NCBI GenBank assembly: GCA_963763775.1
Contig: CAVXPZ010000003.1
Span: 160,001-224,000, forward strand
Direction: 5' to 3'
Source: an uncultured Chloroflexia bacterium
GTDB lineage: Bacteria; Chloroflexota; Limnocylindria; Limnocylindrales; CSP1-4
Length of the DNA stretch: 64,000 nt
In this document: positions 50,792 to 61,730 of the stretch, piece by piece
Numbering within the stretch: the first letter of the stretch is position 1
How the letters are laid out: each line of letters starts with the position of its first letter
Position numbers and translations under genes: made by a program
The notes under the pieces: model-generated
The model's database searches: none
What the model saw: the letters and a program-made list of their open reading frames with translations, nothing else
What the model was told of the DNA's origin: nothing

Positions 50792-52150
50792 CTAGAGGCC
50801 GGCCGGGCGCGTGCCGAGCGTGACGTCGAGCGTGACGGTCTTGCCGTCGCGCAGGACGTCCACCTTGACGGTGTCGCCGGGGGCGAACTGGGCGAGCGCC
50901 GCGTCGAGCGGGTGCTCCTGGTCGATGGTCTTGCCACCGACCGCGGTGATGATGTCGCCGCCCTTGACCCCGGCCAGGTCGGCCGGCGTACCGGACTTCA
51001 CGGCCCCTTCGGTCGTGGGCTGACCCGTGGTCTGGTCGAGCGACCCGACCCAGGCGCCAGCGTCGACGGGCAGCTTCTGCTTGTCGGCGAACTGGCGGTC
51101 GAGGCTGACGAAGCTGATCCCCAGGTACGGACGCGCGAGCTGCTGGCCCGCGACGGCCTGGGCCATGATCGCCTTGGCGATATCGATCGGGATGGCGAAG
51201 CCGATGCCGTTGCTGCCGGACGCGATCGCGGTGTTGATGCCGATGACGTTGCCGTCGGCGTCGAGGAGCGGCCCGCCGGAGTTGCCGGGGTTGATCGCCG
51301 CATCGGTCTGGATGAGGTTGTTGAGGGGCTTCGTCGAGCCGTCCGTGGTGATCGTCCGGCCGGTGGCCGACACGATGCCGCTCGTGACCGAGTTGGAGTA
51401 CGTGCCCAGCGGGCTACCGATCGCGACGACGAGCTGTCCGACCTTCAGGGCATCGGACTCGCCGAGCGCGGCGGTCGGGAGGCCCGTGGCATCGACCTTG
51501 ACGATGGCGAGGTCGGTCAGGGTGTCGATGCCGTAGACCTTGCCGGAGAGGACCCGGCCGTCCTTGAGCTCGACGTCGAACTTGTCGCCGCCCTCGACCA
51601 CGTGCTTGTTCGTGAGGATCCAACCGTTGCTGTCGTAGATGACGCCCGACCCGACGCCGGTCTCCGGGATGACGCCGTTGCTGCCGTCGAGGCCCGTGCC
51701 GGTGACGGTGATCCGGACGACCGCGGGGCTGACCTTGGCCGCGACGGCGATCGTCGCGGACGACTCGTCGATGGTGACGGGCTGGACCGCGCCGACGTTC
51801 GTACCGGCCGCGACCGTCGAGGTCGGGGCGGGCTGATCGAGGGCGCCGGTCGCGTTGAGCGCGGCCACGGTCCCGGCCGAGGCGAGGACCGCCGACAGGA
51901 GCGCCGCGGTCACGATGGAGCCGGTGTTCGAGCGGGACTTGACGACCGCCGGGGCGACCGGGGTCGCGGCGGGAGCCGGCTCGTACCAGCGCTCGGGCGT
52001 GGCCGGCGTCGGTGTGGGGGCCGCGTACTCGCGGATCCACTCGGGTCGCGTCTCCGGCGACGGCGAGTAGGTCGGCGGGGTGGGGATCTCGTGTCGCTGG
52101 GTCGGCTCGCCCGGATCGGTCGGATCGGGGCGATGGGTATCGTCGGTCAT
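50792..52150 (-). CDS. htrA: HtrA/DegP-like serine protease with PDZ domain
   Basis: GSGVI, TNKHVV, DLAIVK, QTDAAINPGNSGGPL, C-terminal PDZ. One N-terminal TM helix. Confidence 0.9.
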   Translation of the reverse strand: MTDDTHRPDPTDPGEPTQRHEIPTPPTYSPSPETRPEWIREYAAPTPTPATPERWYEPAPAATPVAPAVVKSRSNTGSIVTAALLSAVLASAGTVAALNATGALDQPAPTSTVAAGTNVGAVQPVTIDESSATIAVAAKVSPAVVRITVTGTGLDGSNGVIPETGVGSGVIYDSNGWILTNKHVVEGGDKFDVELKDGRVLSGKVYGIDTLTDLAIVKVDATGLPTAALGESDALKVGQLVVAIGSPLGTYSNSVTSGIVSATGRTITTDGSTKPLNNLIQTDAAINPGNSGGPLLDADGNVIGINTAIASGSNGIGFAIPIDIAKAIMAQAVAGQQLARPYLGISFVSLDRQFADKQKLPVDAGAWVGSLDQTTGQPTTEGAVKSGTPADLAGVKGGDIITAVGGKTIDQEHPLDAALAQFAPGDTVKVDVLRDGKTVTLDVTLGTRPAGL

Positions 52151-52208
52151 GGGTGTTCGGCTTCCCTTGCAGGCTGGGGCCGGTGAGTGGCCCGTGAGGT
52201 GATCGACC

Positions 52209-53901
52209 TCAGGGTGCCGGTTCCGGATTCACCTGCGGGCGGTCGGACGGTGAAGTTTCCGTCATGTTGGGCAACGTGTCCTGACGGGCTCCGGCCGCCG
52301 CCGAGGCCACGTCCGCGCGCTCGGCCGCCGGGGTCCCGGCGACCAGTCGCGGATCGCGCGGCAACTCGACGATGAACCGCGAACCCTCGCCGATGCGGCT
52401 CTCCACCACGATCGTCCCGCCGTGCATGTCCACGATCGACCGGACGATGGCCAGCCCGAGACCGCTGCCGCTGCCGCGGGCCTCGTTGGCGCGCGAGCCT
52501 CGGTAGAACCGCTCGAAGATGTGCGGCAGCTCGGCCGGATCGATGCCAACGCCCGTATCGGTGACCTCGATCCGCCCGCCGATCTCGGTCGGGGCGACGA
52601 CGACGCCCACCGAGCCGTCACGCCCGGTGAACTTGACGGCGTTGCCGACGAGGTTGCCCACGACCTGGCCGATCCGCTGCGGGTCGTGACGGATGCGGAT
52701 CGGCGCCTCGGGGAGCTCGAGGTGCAGGTGCACGCCGCGCTTGCGGGCGGCCGCGGTGCTTTGCTCGACCGCGGTCTCGACGGCCGCCCGCAGGTCGTCG
52801 GGCCGCAGGTCGAGCAGGACGAGCCCGGAATCGAGCTTGGAGAGCTCCAGGAGGTTCTGGGCCAGCCAGTCGAGGCGTTCGATCTGCTGGCCGCTCGAAT
52901 TCGAGGAACTCCGTGCGCAGCTCGGGGTCGTCGCCCGCGCGCTCCTTCAGGAGGTCGTTGAACGTCCGCAGGGCGGCCAGCGGCGTCCGCAGCTCGTGTG
53001 AGACATCGGCGAGGAAGTCGCGGCTGCGGTCCCGGTCGCGGCGGATGATCTCGACACTCTCCTCGACCCGGTCGGCCATCGAGTTGAACTGGACGGCGAG
53101 CTCGACGAGCTCAGAGGACCCTGAGCGCATCTGCGCCGCGGGCACACGCTGGGAGAGGTCGCCTTCCGCGAGCGCGCGCGATGCCTCGGTCAGCTGGCGG
53201 AGGGGCGTCGTGAACCGGCGGGCGAGGGCGGCCGACACGAGCACCGCGAGCCCAAGGGCGAACAGCGCGATGACGAGCAGCAGCCCGGTCACGTTCGCGA
53301 TCGCCGTGGCCCGATACGTGTAGGGGTGCGCGAGGCCGATCTGGAACGCGTATTGCGAGAACGTGTCGCCGCCCGAGTACACCTGGTCCGGGATCGACGA
53401 GGTCTCCTGCGTCTGGCCGGCCTTCGGCGCGACGTCGAACGGCATCGTGAACGTGCCGTTGATCGCCGGCACGAAGACGCTGGTCTCACCGGTCTTCACG
53501 TATTGCCCGAACTGCACCGTGACGTCGGCCTGCCCGATCGCATCGGCGATGTCCTGCTGGATGGCCGCGTTGTCGAGCGCCGTGACGACGCTCCCGTCGA
53601 GCGTGTTGTCCAGCCCGACGACCGGCCGGCGCTGCGCCTGCGTGTCCGCGATCAACTGGACGTAGGTGGCGATCGTGTCCGCGCGGAGCTTGAGCTCGGC
53701 CTGCTGCCGGTTCGTGAAGTAGTCGTCGAGCCGGTTGAGGACGAGGGCCGACACGAGGATGAGCGTCAGGGCGATGACCGCGACGAACGCCCCGGTCAGC
53801 CGACCCTGGAACGTCCGCGGCATCAGCCGGCGCAAGGGACGGGGAAGCCGCAGGCGCGGGACCCTCGCGGGCTCAGCGCTCGGCGAAGGCGTAGCCGACA
53901 C
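52209..53901 (-). CDS. Sensor histidine kinase (2 TM, HAMP), frameshift near 52899
   Basis: PLRQLTEASRALAEGD, DVSHELRTPL, then NLVGNAVKF, DTGVGI, FERFYR, GSGLGLAIV. Confidence 0.88.
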
Positions 53902-54571
53902 CTCGCACCGTCAGGACGAACTCGGGCGTCGCCGGGTCGTCCTCGATCTTGTCGCGCAGATGGCTCACGTGGACGTTGATGGTCTTCTCGTCCTGGTCGA
54001 GCGCCTCGTAGTCGCGGAGCAGCTCGAGGAGCTCCGAGCGGGTGTAGACGCGCCCCGGGCGGGACGCGAGGTGCCGGAGGATCTCGAACTCGGTCGGCGT
54101 CAGGCTGATCCGGCGTGGGCCGCGCTGGACGCGCCGCCGCTCGAGATCGATGACGAGGTCGTGATGGCGGATGACCCGGCCGCCGACCGCGTCAGCGAGG
54201 TCGCCGTACGAGCGCCGCAGCAGCGCCTTGATGCGGCTCATCAACTCGCGCAGCCCGAAGGGCTTCGTCAGGTAGTCGTCGGCACCCAGCTCGAGCCCGA
54301 TGACCTTGTCGACCTCGTCATCGCGCGCCGTCAGGATGAGCACCGGCATCTTCGCGCCGGCGCCGCGGAGGCGGCGGAGGACCTCGAACCCGTCGATCCC
54401 GGGCAGGCGGACGTCGAGGACGACGAGGTCCGGCGCCTGATTGACGGCGAGATCGAGCCCCTCTTCGCCGGAGCGGGCGACGGCGACCTCGTAGCCCTCC
54501 TGCTGCAGGGCGTACTGGATCCCGCGCGCGACGGCGTGCTCGTCTTCGACGATGAGGATGGTGGCGGCCAC
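53873..54571 (-). CDS. OmpR/PhoB-family response regulator
   Basis: ILIVEDE, DLVVLDVRLP, GADDYLTKPF, LTPTEFEIL, LTVRGVGY. Confidence 0.94.
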   Translation of the reverse strand: MAATILIVEDEHAVARGIQYALQQEGYEVAVARSGEEGLDLAVNQAPDLVVLDVRLPGIDGFEVLRRLRGAGAKMPVLILTARDDEVDKVIGLELGADDYLTKPFGLRELMSRIKALLRRSYGDLADAVGGRVIRHHDLVIDLERRRVQRGPRRISLTPTEFEILRHLASRPGRVYTRSELLELLRDYEALDQDEKTINVHVSHLRDKIEDDPATPEFVLTVRGVGYAFAER

Positions 54572-54731
54572 GCGGCGATGCTACACCGAGCGGCCGAAGG
54601 AGCACCTGACCTCGCGTTCGTCGGTGCTCGTGGTAAGGTACGGCGCACATCCGGGCGCCTCGCCCCTGCCGACCGGCCGGCGAGCCGCAGCCCGTCCCAC
54701 CGTCTCGATCCACCATCCAGAGGTCCGCTCC

Positions 54732-55424
54732 ATGTCCACTGCCACTGCCACCGCCCGCCCGACGCTGGCCGCCGAGCACCGCGACGTCACCGGCAAGAAG
54801 GTCAGCGCCCTGCGCCACGCCGGCCGCCTGCCTGCGGTCGTCTACGGCCACGGCGAGGACTCGGACAACGTCTCGGTCGACACGCACGATTTCGAGCTGC
54901 TCCGCCGCCGAGTCGGGTCCAACGCCCTGGTGGACCTCTCGATCGACGGCAAGAAGGCGCGACCGGTGCTCGTCTCGAGCGTCCAGGTCCACCCGGTCAA
55001 CCGGCGCCCGCTCCACGTCGACCTGTTCCTCGTGCGCATGACCGAGGAGCTGACCGTCGACGTGTCGCTCGTCGCGGTCGGCGACTCGCCGGCCGTGTCC
55101 CTCAACGGCGGCACGCTCCTCCACCCGACCGAGACGGTCAGGGTCAAGGCGCTGCCGGACCAACTGCCGCAGTCGATCGAGTACAGCATCGAATCGCTCG
55201 TCGACTTCGAGGGCAGCATCCGCGTGAGCGACCTCGTGATCCCCGAGGGCGTGACGCTGTTGACCGACGGCGATGAGGTCATCGCGAAGGTCCAGGCGCC
55301 GCGCGTCGAGGAGGCCCCGATCGCGGTGGCCGCTGCCGAGGGCGAGGCTGCCGAGGGCGAGGCTGCCGAGGGCGAGAGCGCCGGCGCCGCCGATGGCGAC
55401 AGCGGGGGCGACTCGGAAGGCTGA
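54732..55424 (+). CDS. rplY: 50S ribosomal protein L25 (Ctc form)
   Basis: LRHAGRLPAVVYG, VQVHPV..PLHVD, Ctc-type second domain, acidic tail with (AAEGE)3. Confidence 0.94.
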   Translation: MSTATATARPTLAAEHRDVTGKKVSALRHAGRLPAVVYGHGEDSDNVSVDTHDFELLRRRVGSNALVDLSIDGKKARPVLVSSVQVHPVNRRPLHVDLFLVRMTEELTVDVSLVAVGDSPAVSLNGGTLLHPTETVRVKALPDQLPQSIEYSIESLVDFEGSIRVSDLVIPEGVTLLTDGDEVIAKVQAPRVEEAPIAVAAAEGEAAEGEAAEGESAGAADGDSGGDSEG

Positions 55425-55524
55425 GCCTCAAGGTCGGCCGTGGGGGCCGGCTCCGGCCGTCGCCCGGCTCGGCGTCGCCCGGCTCGGCGTCGGCCGCGAG
55501 TCCGGCCGGCCGTCGCTTCCTGTC

Positions 55525-55686
55525 GAGTCACAGACAGGCCCCTTTGTGCGGGTCTGGCCCACGTCAGGCCGCGTTCCCGTCTCGGTCAGTCACCCGGTGA
55601 CTGACGCGGAAGTTTTCGAGGCATCTCGAAGGCGATCCGCCGGTCATCGCCCACGCAGCCCTCGACTCGTGACTGTCCGAGAAGTG
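55525..55686. repeat. Palindromic intergenic element, copy B
   Basis: GAGTCACAG...TCAGTCACCCGGTGACTGA...TCGCCCACGCAGCCCTCGACTCGTGACTGTCCGAGAAGTG. The right half aligns with copy A at 3552-3590. Confidence 0.55.
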
Positions 55687-55714
55687 GGCCACCGGCCGGC
55701 CGCGAGTCAGCCGT

Positions 55715-55981
55715 TCACGTGTCCACCCGCGCCGCGGCTTCGGCCGAGGTGATGACCGGCACGACCTCGAAATCGACGAGGTCGTTCCATCGGCTGGTCC
55801 ATTCGTCGATGTGCGCCCGGTCGGGCGCGTCCATGACCTGGTAGCAGCGCGCGAGCGGGAGGTCCACCCAGCTCGCGACATAGGTGACGCCGTCAGGCGC
55901 GAGGCGGCCGTGTTCGCGGAACCGGCGGTACACGGGGACGGGGTCCCCATCGCGGTAGTGCTCGATGATCATGAACAGCAT
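55715..55981 (-). CDS. Small DUF3303-like protein
   Basis: MLFMIIEHY...RCYQVM...W.DLVDFEVVPV. Confidence 0.75.
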   Translation of the reverse strand: MLFMIIEHYRDGDPVPVYRRFREHGRLAPDGVTYVASWVDLPLARCYQVMDAPDRAHIDEWTSRWNDLVDFEVVPVITSAEAAARVDT

Positions 55982-55994
55982 CGTCGCGTGCCGG

Positions 55995-56814
55995 TCAGCG
56001 CCGCGCGGACGTGAAGACGATCGGGAACCGCATCGTCAGCGCCTCGGCTGACAGGCCGGCCAGCCGATCCCGCAGGCTCGCGACCAGCCAGTCGCGCTCG
56101 TCCGGTTCCAGCTCGTCGAACAGGCTCGTCTCGTCGAACTCGGCGAGGAAGCCGATGTAGCCGTCCACGGAGTAGCGGTGCTCGAGCGTCTCGGCGACCG
56201 CGGACGCGTCGTGGAAGCCGGCCCGGCGCAACTCGTCGACCGCGCGCTTCGGCGAGGCGAAGTCGCCCGACGGGCCGTCCGGGCCGCCCGTCTCGATGCC
56301 GAGCTCGTCGAGGAGATCGTCGAAGATCCGGTCCGGCTCGAACGACGGACCGCCGGCGAGCCAGGTCACGCCGTCGAACACGCCACCGGGGCGGAGCACC
56401 CGATGGATCTCGCGCAGGGCGCGATACCGGTTCGGTACGAGCTGCAGCACGAACGAGGACATCGCGAGATCGAACCTGCCGTCGTCGAATGGCAGTGCAT
56501 CGGCGAACGCCAGCTCGACCCGGAACCTGGAGCGCTGCGGCGGCGGGCAATCGCCTGATGCTCTCGGTCGCGGCCATCGCGCACATCTCGCCCGAGGCGT
56601 CGATCCCGTCGACCTCGATGGTCGGCCAGCGTTCGATGGCCCCGAGGGCGAGCTGCCCGGTCCCGGTGCCGACATCGACGACCCGCGCGGGCGTTCCATC
56701 GACATGCGGACCGATCCGGTCGAGGAGCCGCTCGACGGCGGGCGTCAGGACCGGCGCCCACCAGTGGGCATAACCCTCGGCGATCCGGTCGTAGCGCTCG
56801 GCCTGCTCGGTCAT
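55995..56814 (-). CDS. Class I SAM-dependent methyltransferase, frameshift near 56545
   Basis: VDVGTGTG, GIDASGEM, then ADALPFDDGRFD and EIHRVLRPGG. Confidence 0.85.
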
Positions 56815-56854
56815 CTCGGGCGCATGGTGCCACGCGCCCGAGATGCGAGATCGG

Positions 56855-57883
56855 TCAGCCGCCGGTGGCGGCCGGCGCGGCGGGAGGGGTCGGGGCGATC
56901 GGCGGAGCCGGCGGCGTCGGCGCGGCGGGCGGTGCGGCGCGTCGCAGGAGCCCGGTCCGGCGCAGGAACCACGCCACCACAGCACCGAGGACGCCTAGCA
57001 CGATGAGGATCGGCAGCCACACGATGGCGAACCAGATCCCGGCACTCGCGAGGTTCTGCAGGATGCCGACCATGCTGGCCGCAGCCTCGTCGACGACCGA
57101 CGCGGGATCCCAGCCCTTCTGGGCCACCTCGACCGCCACGACCGGCACGCCGAACGTGACCGTCAGCGTGGCGAGGTCGGCCTGGTTGGAGATCTGCGCG
57201 AGCTGGCCGGCGAGGACCTCGATCTGGCCACGGACGTCGGTCAGCTGCTGCTCGACTTCGAGCACGTCGGAGATCTTGTTCGCCTTGAGCGCGATCGCCT
57301 GGAGCGAGGCTTCGCTTGCGCGAAGGTTCTTGATGCGCGCCGTGAGGTCCACGATCTGGCCGGTGACCTCGACGGCCTGCGTCTGCTCGACCACGACCTT
57401 GGTGGTCTGTCCGTTCAGACTGCGCAGCGCGGCGAGGGCGTCCTCCCAGCGGTCGACCGGGATGCGATAGGTGATCTCGGCCGTGGGCTGATCGCCCTCG
57501 TTCGCGGTGTTCGACGCACCGACGTAGCCGCCCATACCGCGGATGAGCGTGCGGGCCGTCGCCACGGCCTTCGCCACGTCCGTGACCTGCAGCTGCATCG
57601 TGCCGGTGCGCACGATGCGGGCATCGTCGACGGCGCCGACGACATCGCCGCCGCCGGAGCCGTCGCTCGGGACGGCCGCGGCTGGGGCCGCACTCGCGGC
57701 AGAGCTCGGGTAGGCGGCGGCCGGGGCCTCGGCACCGGCGTACGACTCGTCGCCGACGGCGTTGCCGACCGTCGAGAGGACGGTGGCGCCGCTGGAACTG
57801 CACGCGACGATGACCGCGGCCAGGACCGTGAGGAGCACCAGGCCCGTCGGACGACCGACGGATCGGGATCGGAAGGTGGGCAT
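56855..57883 (-). CDS. DUF4349-like lipoprotein with a C-terminal TM helix
   Basis: Lipobox IVAC, IVRTGTMQLQV, EVTGQIVDL.ARI, VLEVEQQL, C-terminal hydrophobic helix. Confidence 0.85.
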   Translation of the reverse strand: MPTFRSRSVGRPTGLVLLTVLAAVIVACSSSGATVLSTVGNAVGDESYAGAEAPAAAYPSSAASAAPAAAVPSDGSGGGDVVGAVDDARIVRTGTMQLQVTDVAKAVATARTLIRGMGGYVGASNTANEGDQPTAEITYRIPVDRWEDALAALRSLNGQTTKVVVEQTQAVEVTGQIVDLTARIKNLRASEASLQAIALKANKISDVLEVEQQLTDVRGQIEVLAGQLAQISNQADLATLTVTFGVPVVAVEVAQKGWDPASVVDEAAASMVGILQNLASAGIWFAIVWLPILIVLGVLGAVVAWFLRRTGLLRRAAPPAAPTPPAPPIAPTPPAAPAATGG

Positions 57884-58075
57884 CTCGATGGCCTCCGTTG
57901 GCCTTCGCGCCTCGCCGGCGGCCAACGCCGTCAGCGGGCATGCCCCTGACGCCAGCCCATCGGACCCGGTTCCGCCGCCGACACGACGGCCGACACATCG
58001 GCCGACCCCGCCCCGTCCGAGACCCGACCGCCGGCGTCGAGCAGCCCGACCGACCGGCCCGCCCGGAGGTTCGTG

Positions 58076-59592
58076 ATGGACCGCCCGTCCCACCCCGACC
58101 GCCGACGAGCCCGGCACGTACTCGCGGCCGGCCTCGTCATCGGCGTCCTCGCCGAACGCCTGCTGTACGGCGCGGCGTACGGCGTGAACGTCCCGATCCT
58201 GGTCCTCGCCGTCCTCGCCGCCGCCTGGCTGGTCCGCCGGCCGGGTCGACCCTTCGACCCGCTCGACGCATGGCTGCCCGGAAGCGCGGTCGTGCTCTCG
58301 TCGCTGGTCGCGCTGCGAGGCGACCCGTTCCTCGTCGCCCTCGACACGATCGCCGCGGTGGCGTGCATGGTCGGCGCGGTCATCGCCATCTCCGGCACGC
58401 CCGTCACCCGGCGGTCGGCCACGGCGATCGGGCTGCTCGGCGCGCGGGCGGCGGAGGCCGTCGGGTTCGGGGCACCGCGCGCCGTCGACCGGGCTCGCCC
58501 GTTCCGGGTGGAGTCGACGAACGGCCTCCCGGCGGCGGCCCTCCCGGTCGTGCGCGGTCTCGTCATCGGCGTCCCGTTGGCGGTCATCTTCGCGATCCTG
58601 TTCGCCTCGGCGGACCCGATCTTCCGGCAGTCCGTCGCGGACCTCCTCGGGTTCCGGATCGACCTCGGCGACCTGCCCGGACGAGCGCTCCTGGTCGCCA
58701 TGGCGGCGTGGCTGGGCGCCGGCCTGGTGTCGATCGCGGCATTCGGCCTGCATGAGACGACGTTCGCGTCGCTCGGCGCGGCCGCGCGAACGACCACTCT
58801 GCCGTCCATCCGATCGGTCGGCCGCGCCGAGGCGCTCGCGATCCTGCGTCTGCATCGACCTCGTCATCGGGTTCTTCGTCGGCCTCCAGGTCGCGTACCT
58901 GTTCGGCGGCCTCGACACCCTGGCGGCCATCGGTATGACCTACGCCGACTACGCGCGGCGCGGGTTCTTCGAGCTCCTCGCGGCGGCGGCGCTCGCCGCG
59001 GTCGTGGTGGTCGTGCTCGAGGCGACGGTGACCTCGCGGCCCGTCGCCTATCGGGCGGCGCTCCTGGCGCTCGTCGGCCTGACCGCGGTCGTCCTCGCCT
59101 CGGCGGCGCAGCGCCTGGCCATCTACCAGGATGCCTACGGATGGACCGAGCTGCGCGCGTATGTGCTCGCGGCGATCCTCACGATGGGCGTGGGGCTCGC
59201 GGCGATGGCCGGCATCGTCTGGCTGGACCGGAGCCGTTGGCTCGGGCATGCGTTCGTGGCCATCGGGATCCTGGCGCTGGTCGGGTTGAACCTCGCCGCT
59301 CCTGCGGCCATCGTCGCGTCGCGGAACGTCGAGCGGGTCATCGACCCGTCGCTGGTCCCGGCCGACGGGCATCCGGGGGTGGACGCCAGCTACCTCGCCG
59401 TGCTCCCCGACGACGCCATCCCGGTCCTGGTCGCCGCCCTGCCGCGGATGCCGGCCGACGACCAGGTGACGCTCCAGCGGATCCTCCGACGGCGCCGCGC
59501 GGCCATGGCGGCCGATCCGACGGGCCAGGGCCTCGTCGGCATGGAACCTCGGCCGCGAGCGTGCCCGGGCGGCCCTCGCGACCCTCCCGTGA
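58076..59592 (+). CDS. DUF4153/DUF4173-like membrane protein, frameshifts near 58846 and 59535
   Basis: LFASADPIF, then YARRGFFEL, RLAIYQDAYGWTELR, DASYL.VL.DDA, WNLGRERA*. Confidence 0.78.
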
Positions 59593-59617
59593 CGGCTGGC
59601 CGGCCTACACTCCGGCC

Positions 59618-60715
59618 ATGGCCGACCTGCATCTCCCCTTCCAGCCGCCGCTCGAGCCGATGCTCGCCAAGGCGTCCGACGACCTCCCCAAGGACGACGG
59701 CTGGCTCTTCGAGCCCAAGTGGGACGGCTTCCGCGCGCTCGTCTTTCGCGACGGCGACGAGTTGTACACGCAGTCGCGCGACCTGAAGCCGCTGGACCGG
59801 TACTTCCCCGAGCTGGCGGCGCCATTGAAGGCCTCGCTGCCGGAGCGATGCGTGCTCGACGGCGAGATCGTCATCGCCAAGGACGGCGGCCTGGCCTTCG
59901 AGTCGCTCCTGCTGCGGATCCACCCGGCCGAGTCGCGGGTGCGGATGCTGGCCGAGGAGTCGCCCGCGAGCTTCGTGGCGTGGGACCTGCTCGCGCTCGG
60001 CGACGAGGACCTGCGGACGACGCCACAGGGCGAGCGACGGGCAAGGCTCGAGGCGGTCCTCGGCAGCGCGACCCCGCCGATCCATCTCACGCCGGCGACG
60101 CTGGACCGCGCGACCGCGGCCGACTGGTTCGACCGCTTCGAAGGCGCCGGGCTGGACGGCGTCGTCGCGAAGCGGCTCGACGGCGCGTACCTGCCAGGGA
60201 AGCGGGCGATGCTCAAGATCAAGCACCAGCGCACGGCCGACTGCGTCGTGGCCGGGTTCCGGTGGCACAAGAACGGGCCGGGCACGCACATCGGCTCGCT
60301 GCTGCTCGGGCTCTTCGACGACGAGGGCACGCTCCATCACGTCGGCGTGACCTCGTCGTTCACGTGGGACCGGCGCGAGGCCCTGACCGCCGAGCTGGCG
60401 CCGCTCCGCGAGGACGCGCTCGCGCAGCACCCGTGGAAGGACTGGGCCGAGTGGGCCGGCTACGGCGACGCCGACGCCTCGGGTCAGCGCCTGCCGGGCG
60501 CGACGTCGCGCTGGAACCGCGGCAAGGACCTGTCGTGGGAGCCCCTCCGCGCGGAGCGCGTCGCCGAGGTCGCCTACGACCACCTCCAGGGCGACCGGTT
60601 CCGGCACGGGACGACGTTCAAGCGCTGGCGCGCGGACAAGTCGCCCGCCGACTGCCGCTACGACCAGCTGGAGGTCACGACCCCGTTCGAGCTGGCGAAG
60701 ATCTTCGGGTCGTAA
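59618..60715 (+). CDS. ligC: ATP-dependent DNA ligase (LigC type)
   Basis: EPMLAK, EPKWDGFR, LDGEIV, AWDLL, DGVVAK, KIKHQRT, GSLLLGL, EVAYD, RFRH. TACACT 6 nt upstream. Confidence 0.92.
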   Translation: MADLHLPFQPPLEPMLAKASDDLPKDDGWLFEPKWDGFRALVFRDGDELYTQSRDLKPLDRYFPELAAPLKASLPERCVLDGEIVIAKDGGLAFESLLLRIHPAESRVRMLAEESPASFVAWDLLALGDEDLRTTPQGERRARLEAVLGSATPPIHLTPATLDRATAADWFDRFEGAGLDGVVAKRLDGAYLPGKRAMLKIKHQRTADCVVAGFRWHKNGPGTHIGSLLLGLFDDEGTLHHVGVTSSFTWDRREALTAELAPLREDALAQHPWKDWAEWAGYGDADASGQRLPGATSRWNRGKDLSWEPLRAERVAEVAYDHLQGDRFRHGTTFKRWRADKSPADCRYDQLEVTTPFELAKIFGS

Positions 60716-60727
60716 GGCCGGCCGGCG

Positions 60728-61678
60728 TCAGCGGACGTCCTGCTGGAAGTCGGCCGGGTCGATCGCCGACGCCGGCGTCGCGTAGTCCTCGCCGAAGTAC
60801 TTCATCGAGAGCGCCTTGAGCGTGCCGTCGGCGAACCGCGCCTTGAGGGTCGCGTTGACGAGGTCGTACAGCGACTTCACGCTGCGGCCCGAGGTCTTGT
60901 CGATGGCGCCGGCGGGGATCCCGATGTAGGCGGCTGGCTCGATCCCCCGGAGCGCCAGGCCCTTGTCGTTGGCGGCCTTGCCCGTCGTATCGGCGCTCAG
61001 GAACGCGTCGAGCTTGCCGTCGGCGACGTCCTGCATGCCGGACGCCTCGACCGCGTACCCCACGATCGTGGCGCCGTCGACCTGGTAGTCCACCTTGACA
61101 CCGGGGATCGTCAGGGTCTTCTGGAGATACAGGTCGGCGAAGCAGCCGGTGCAGACGCCGATCCGCTTGCCGTCCAGGTCGCTCATGTGCATCGCCGGCG
61201 AGTCCTTCCGGACCCAGAATCGTTCCGGCGACCCCTCGTACGGCTGGGTGAAGTAGAGCCCGGGCATCCGCTCCTGGGTCACCCCGATCGAGGCGAAGGC
61301 GATGTCCCACCGGTCGCCCCAGTGGCCGGCGATCATCTCGGCCCAGGTCGGGACCACGTAGCACGGCTCGACACCGATGGCGTCCGCGATCAGGTTGCCG
61401 GTGGCCACGTCATAGCCGTCGAGCTCCGCGCGGGTCAGCTGGTTGACCTGACACTTGGTGTCCGCCGCGCGAACGGCCCCGTCCACCTTGAAGGACGACG
61501 GGGGATACGCCGGATCCGTCGGCAGGATCAGGGTGCCGCGCGCCTGGATCTGCGCCAGCTTGTCCGTGGCAGGGTCTGCGGAACCGGAGGGAGCGGCGCC
61601 GACCGTGCCGCAGCCGGACAGCACGGCACTCACGACGAGGGTCAGGACGAGTCCGGATCGACGGCGAAGGGTCGACAT
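60728..61678 (-). CDS. Amino-acid ABC transporter substrate-binding lipoprotein (family 3)
   Basis: Lipobox LSGC, TDPAYPP, DGYDV, WDIAFASIGVTQER, FTQPY, LSMKYFG. Confidence 0.85.
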   Translation of the reverse strand: MSTLRRRSGLVLTLVVSAVLSGCGTVGAAPSGSADPATDKLAQIQARGTLILPTDPAYPPSSFKVDGAVRAADTKCQVNQLTRAELDGYDVATGNLIADAIGVEPCYVVPTWAEMIAGHWGDRWDIAFASIGVTQERMPGLYFTQPYEGSPERFWVRKDSPAMHMSDLDGKRIGVCTGCFADLYLQKTLTIPGVKVDYQVDGATIVGYAVEASGMQDVADGKLDAFLSADTTGKAANDKGLALRGIEPAAYIGIPAGAIDKTSGRSVKSLYDLVNATLKARFADGTLKALSMKYFGEDYATPASAIDPADFQQDVR

Positions 61679-61730
61679 CGGGAACTCCGGGAGTGGGACG
61701 GATCGCCCGTCGGTCGACGGCTCGCGCAGT

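Noticed and set aside
55458-55492. 15-bp tandem repeat CGTCGCCCGGCTCGG x2 after rplY
   Set aside because: Only two copies of GC-rich sequence, most likely slippage.
58073-60715. 880-aa membrane protein-DNA ligase fusion
   Set aside because: An artefact of frameshifts in the DUF4153-like gene. ligC has its own -10 element and ATG at 59618.
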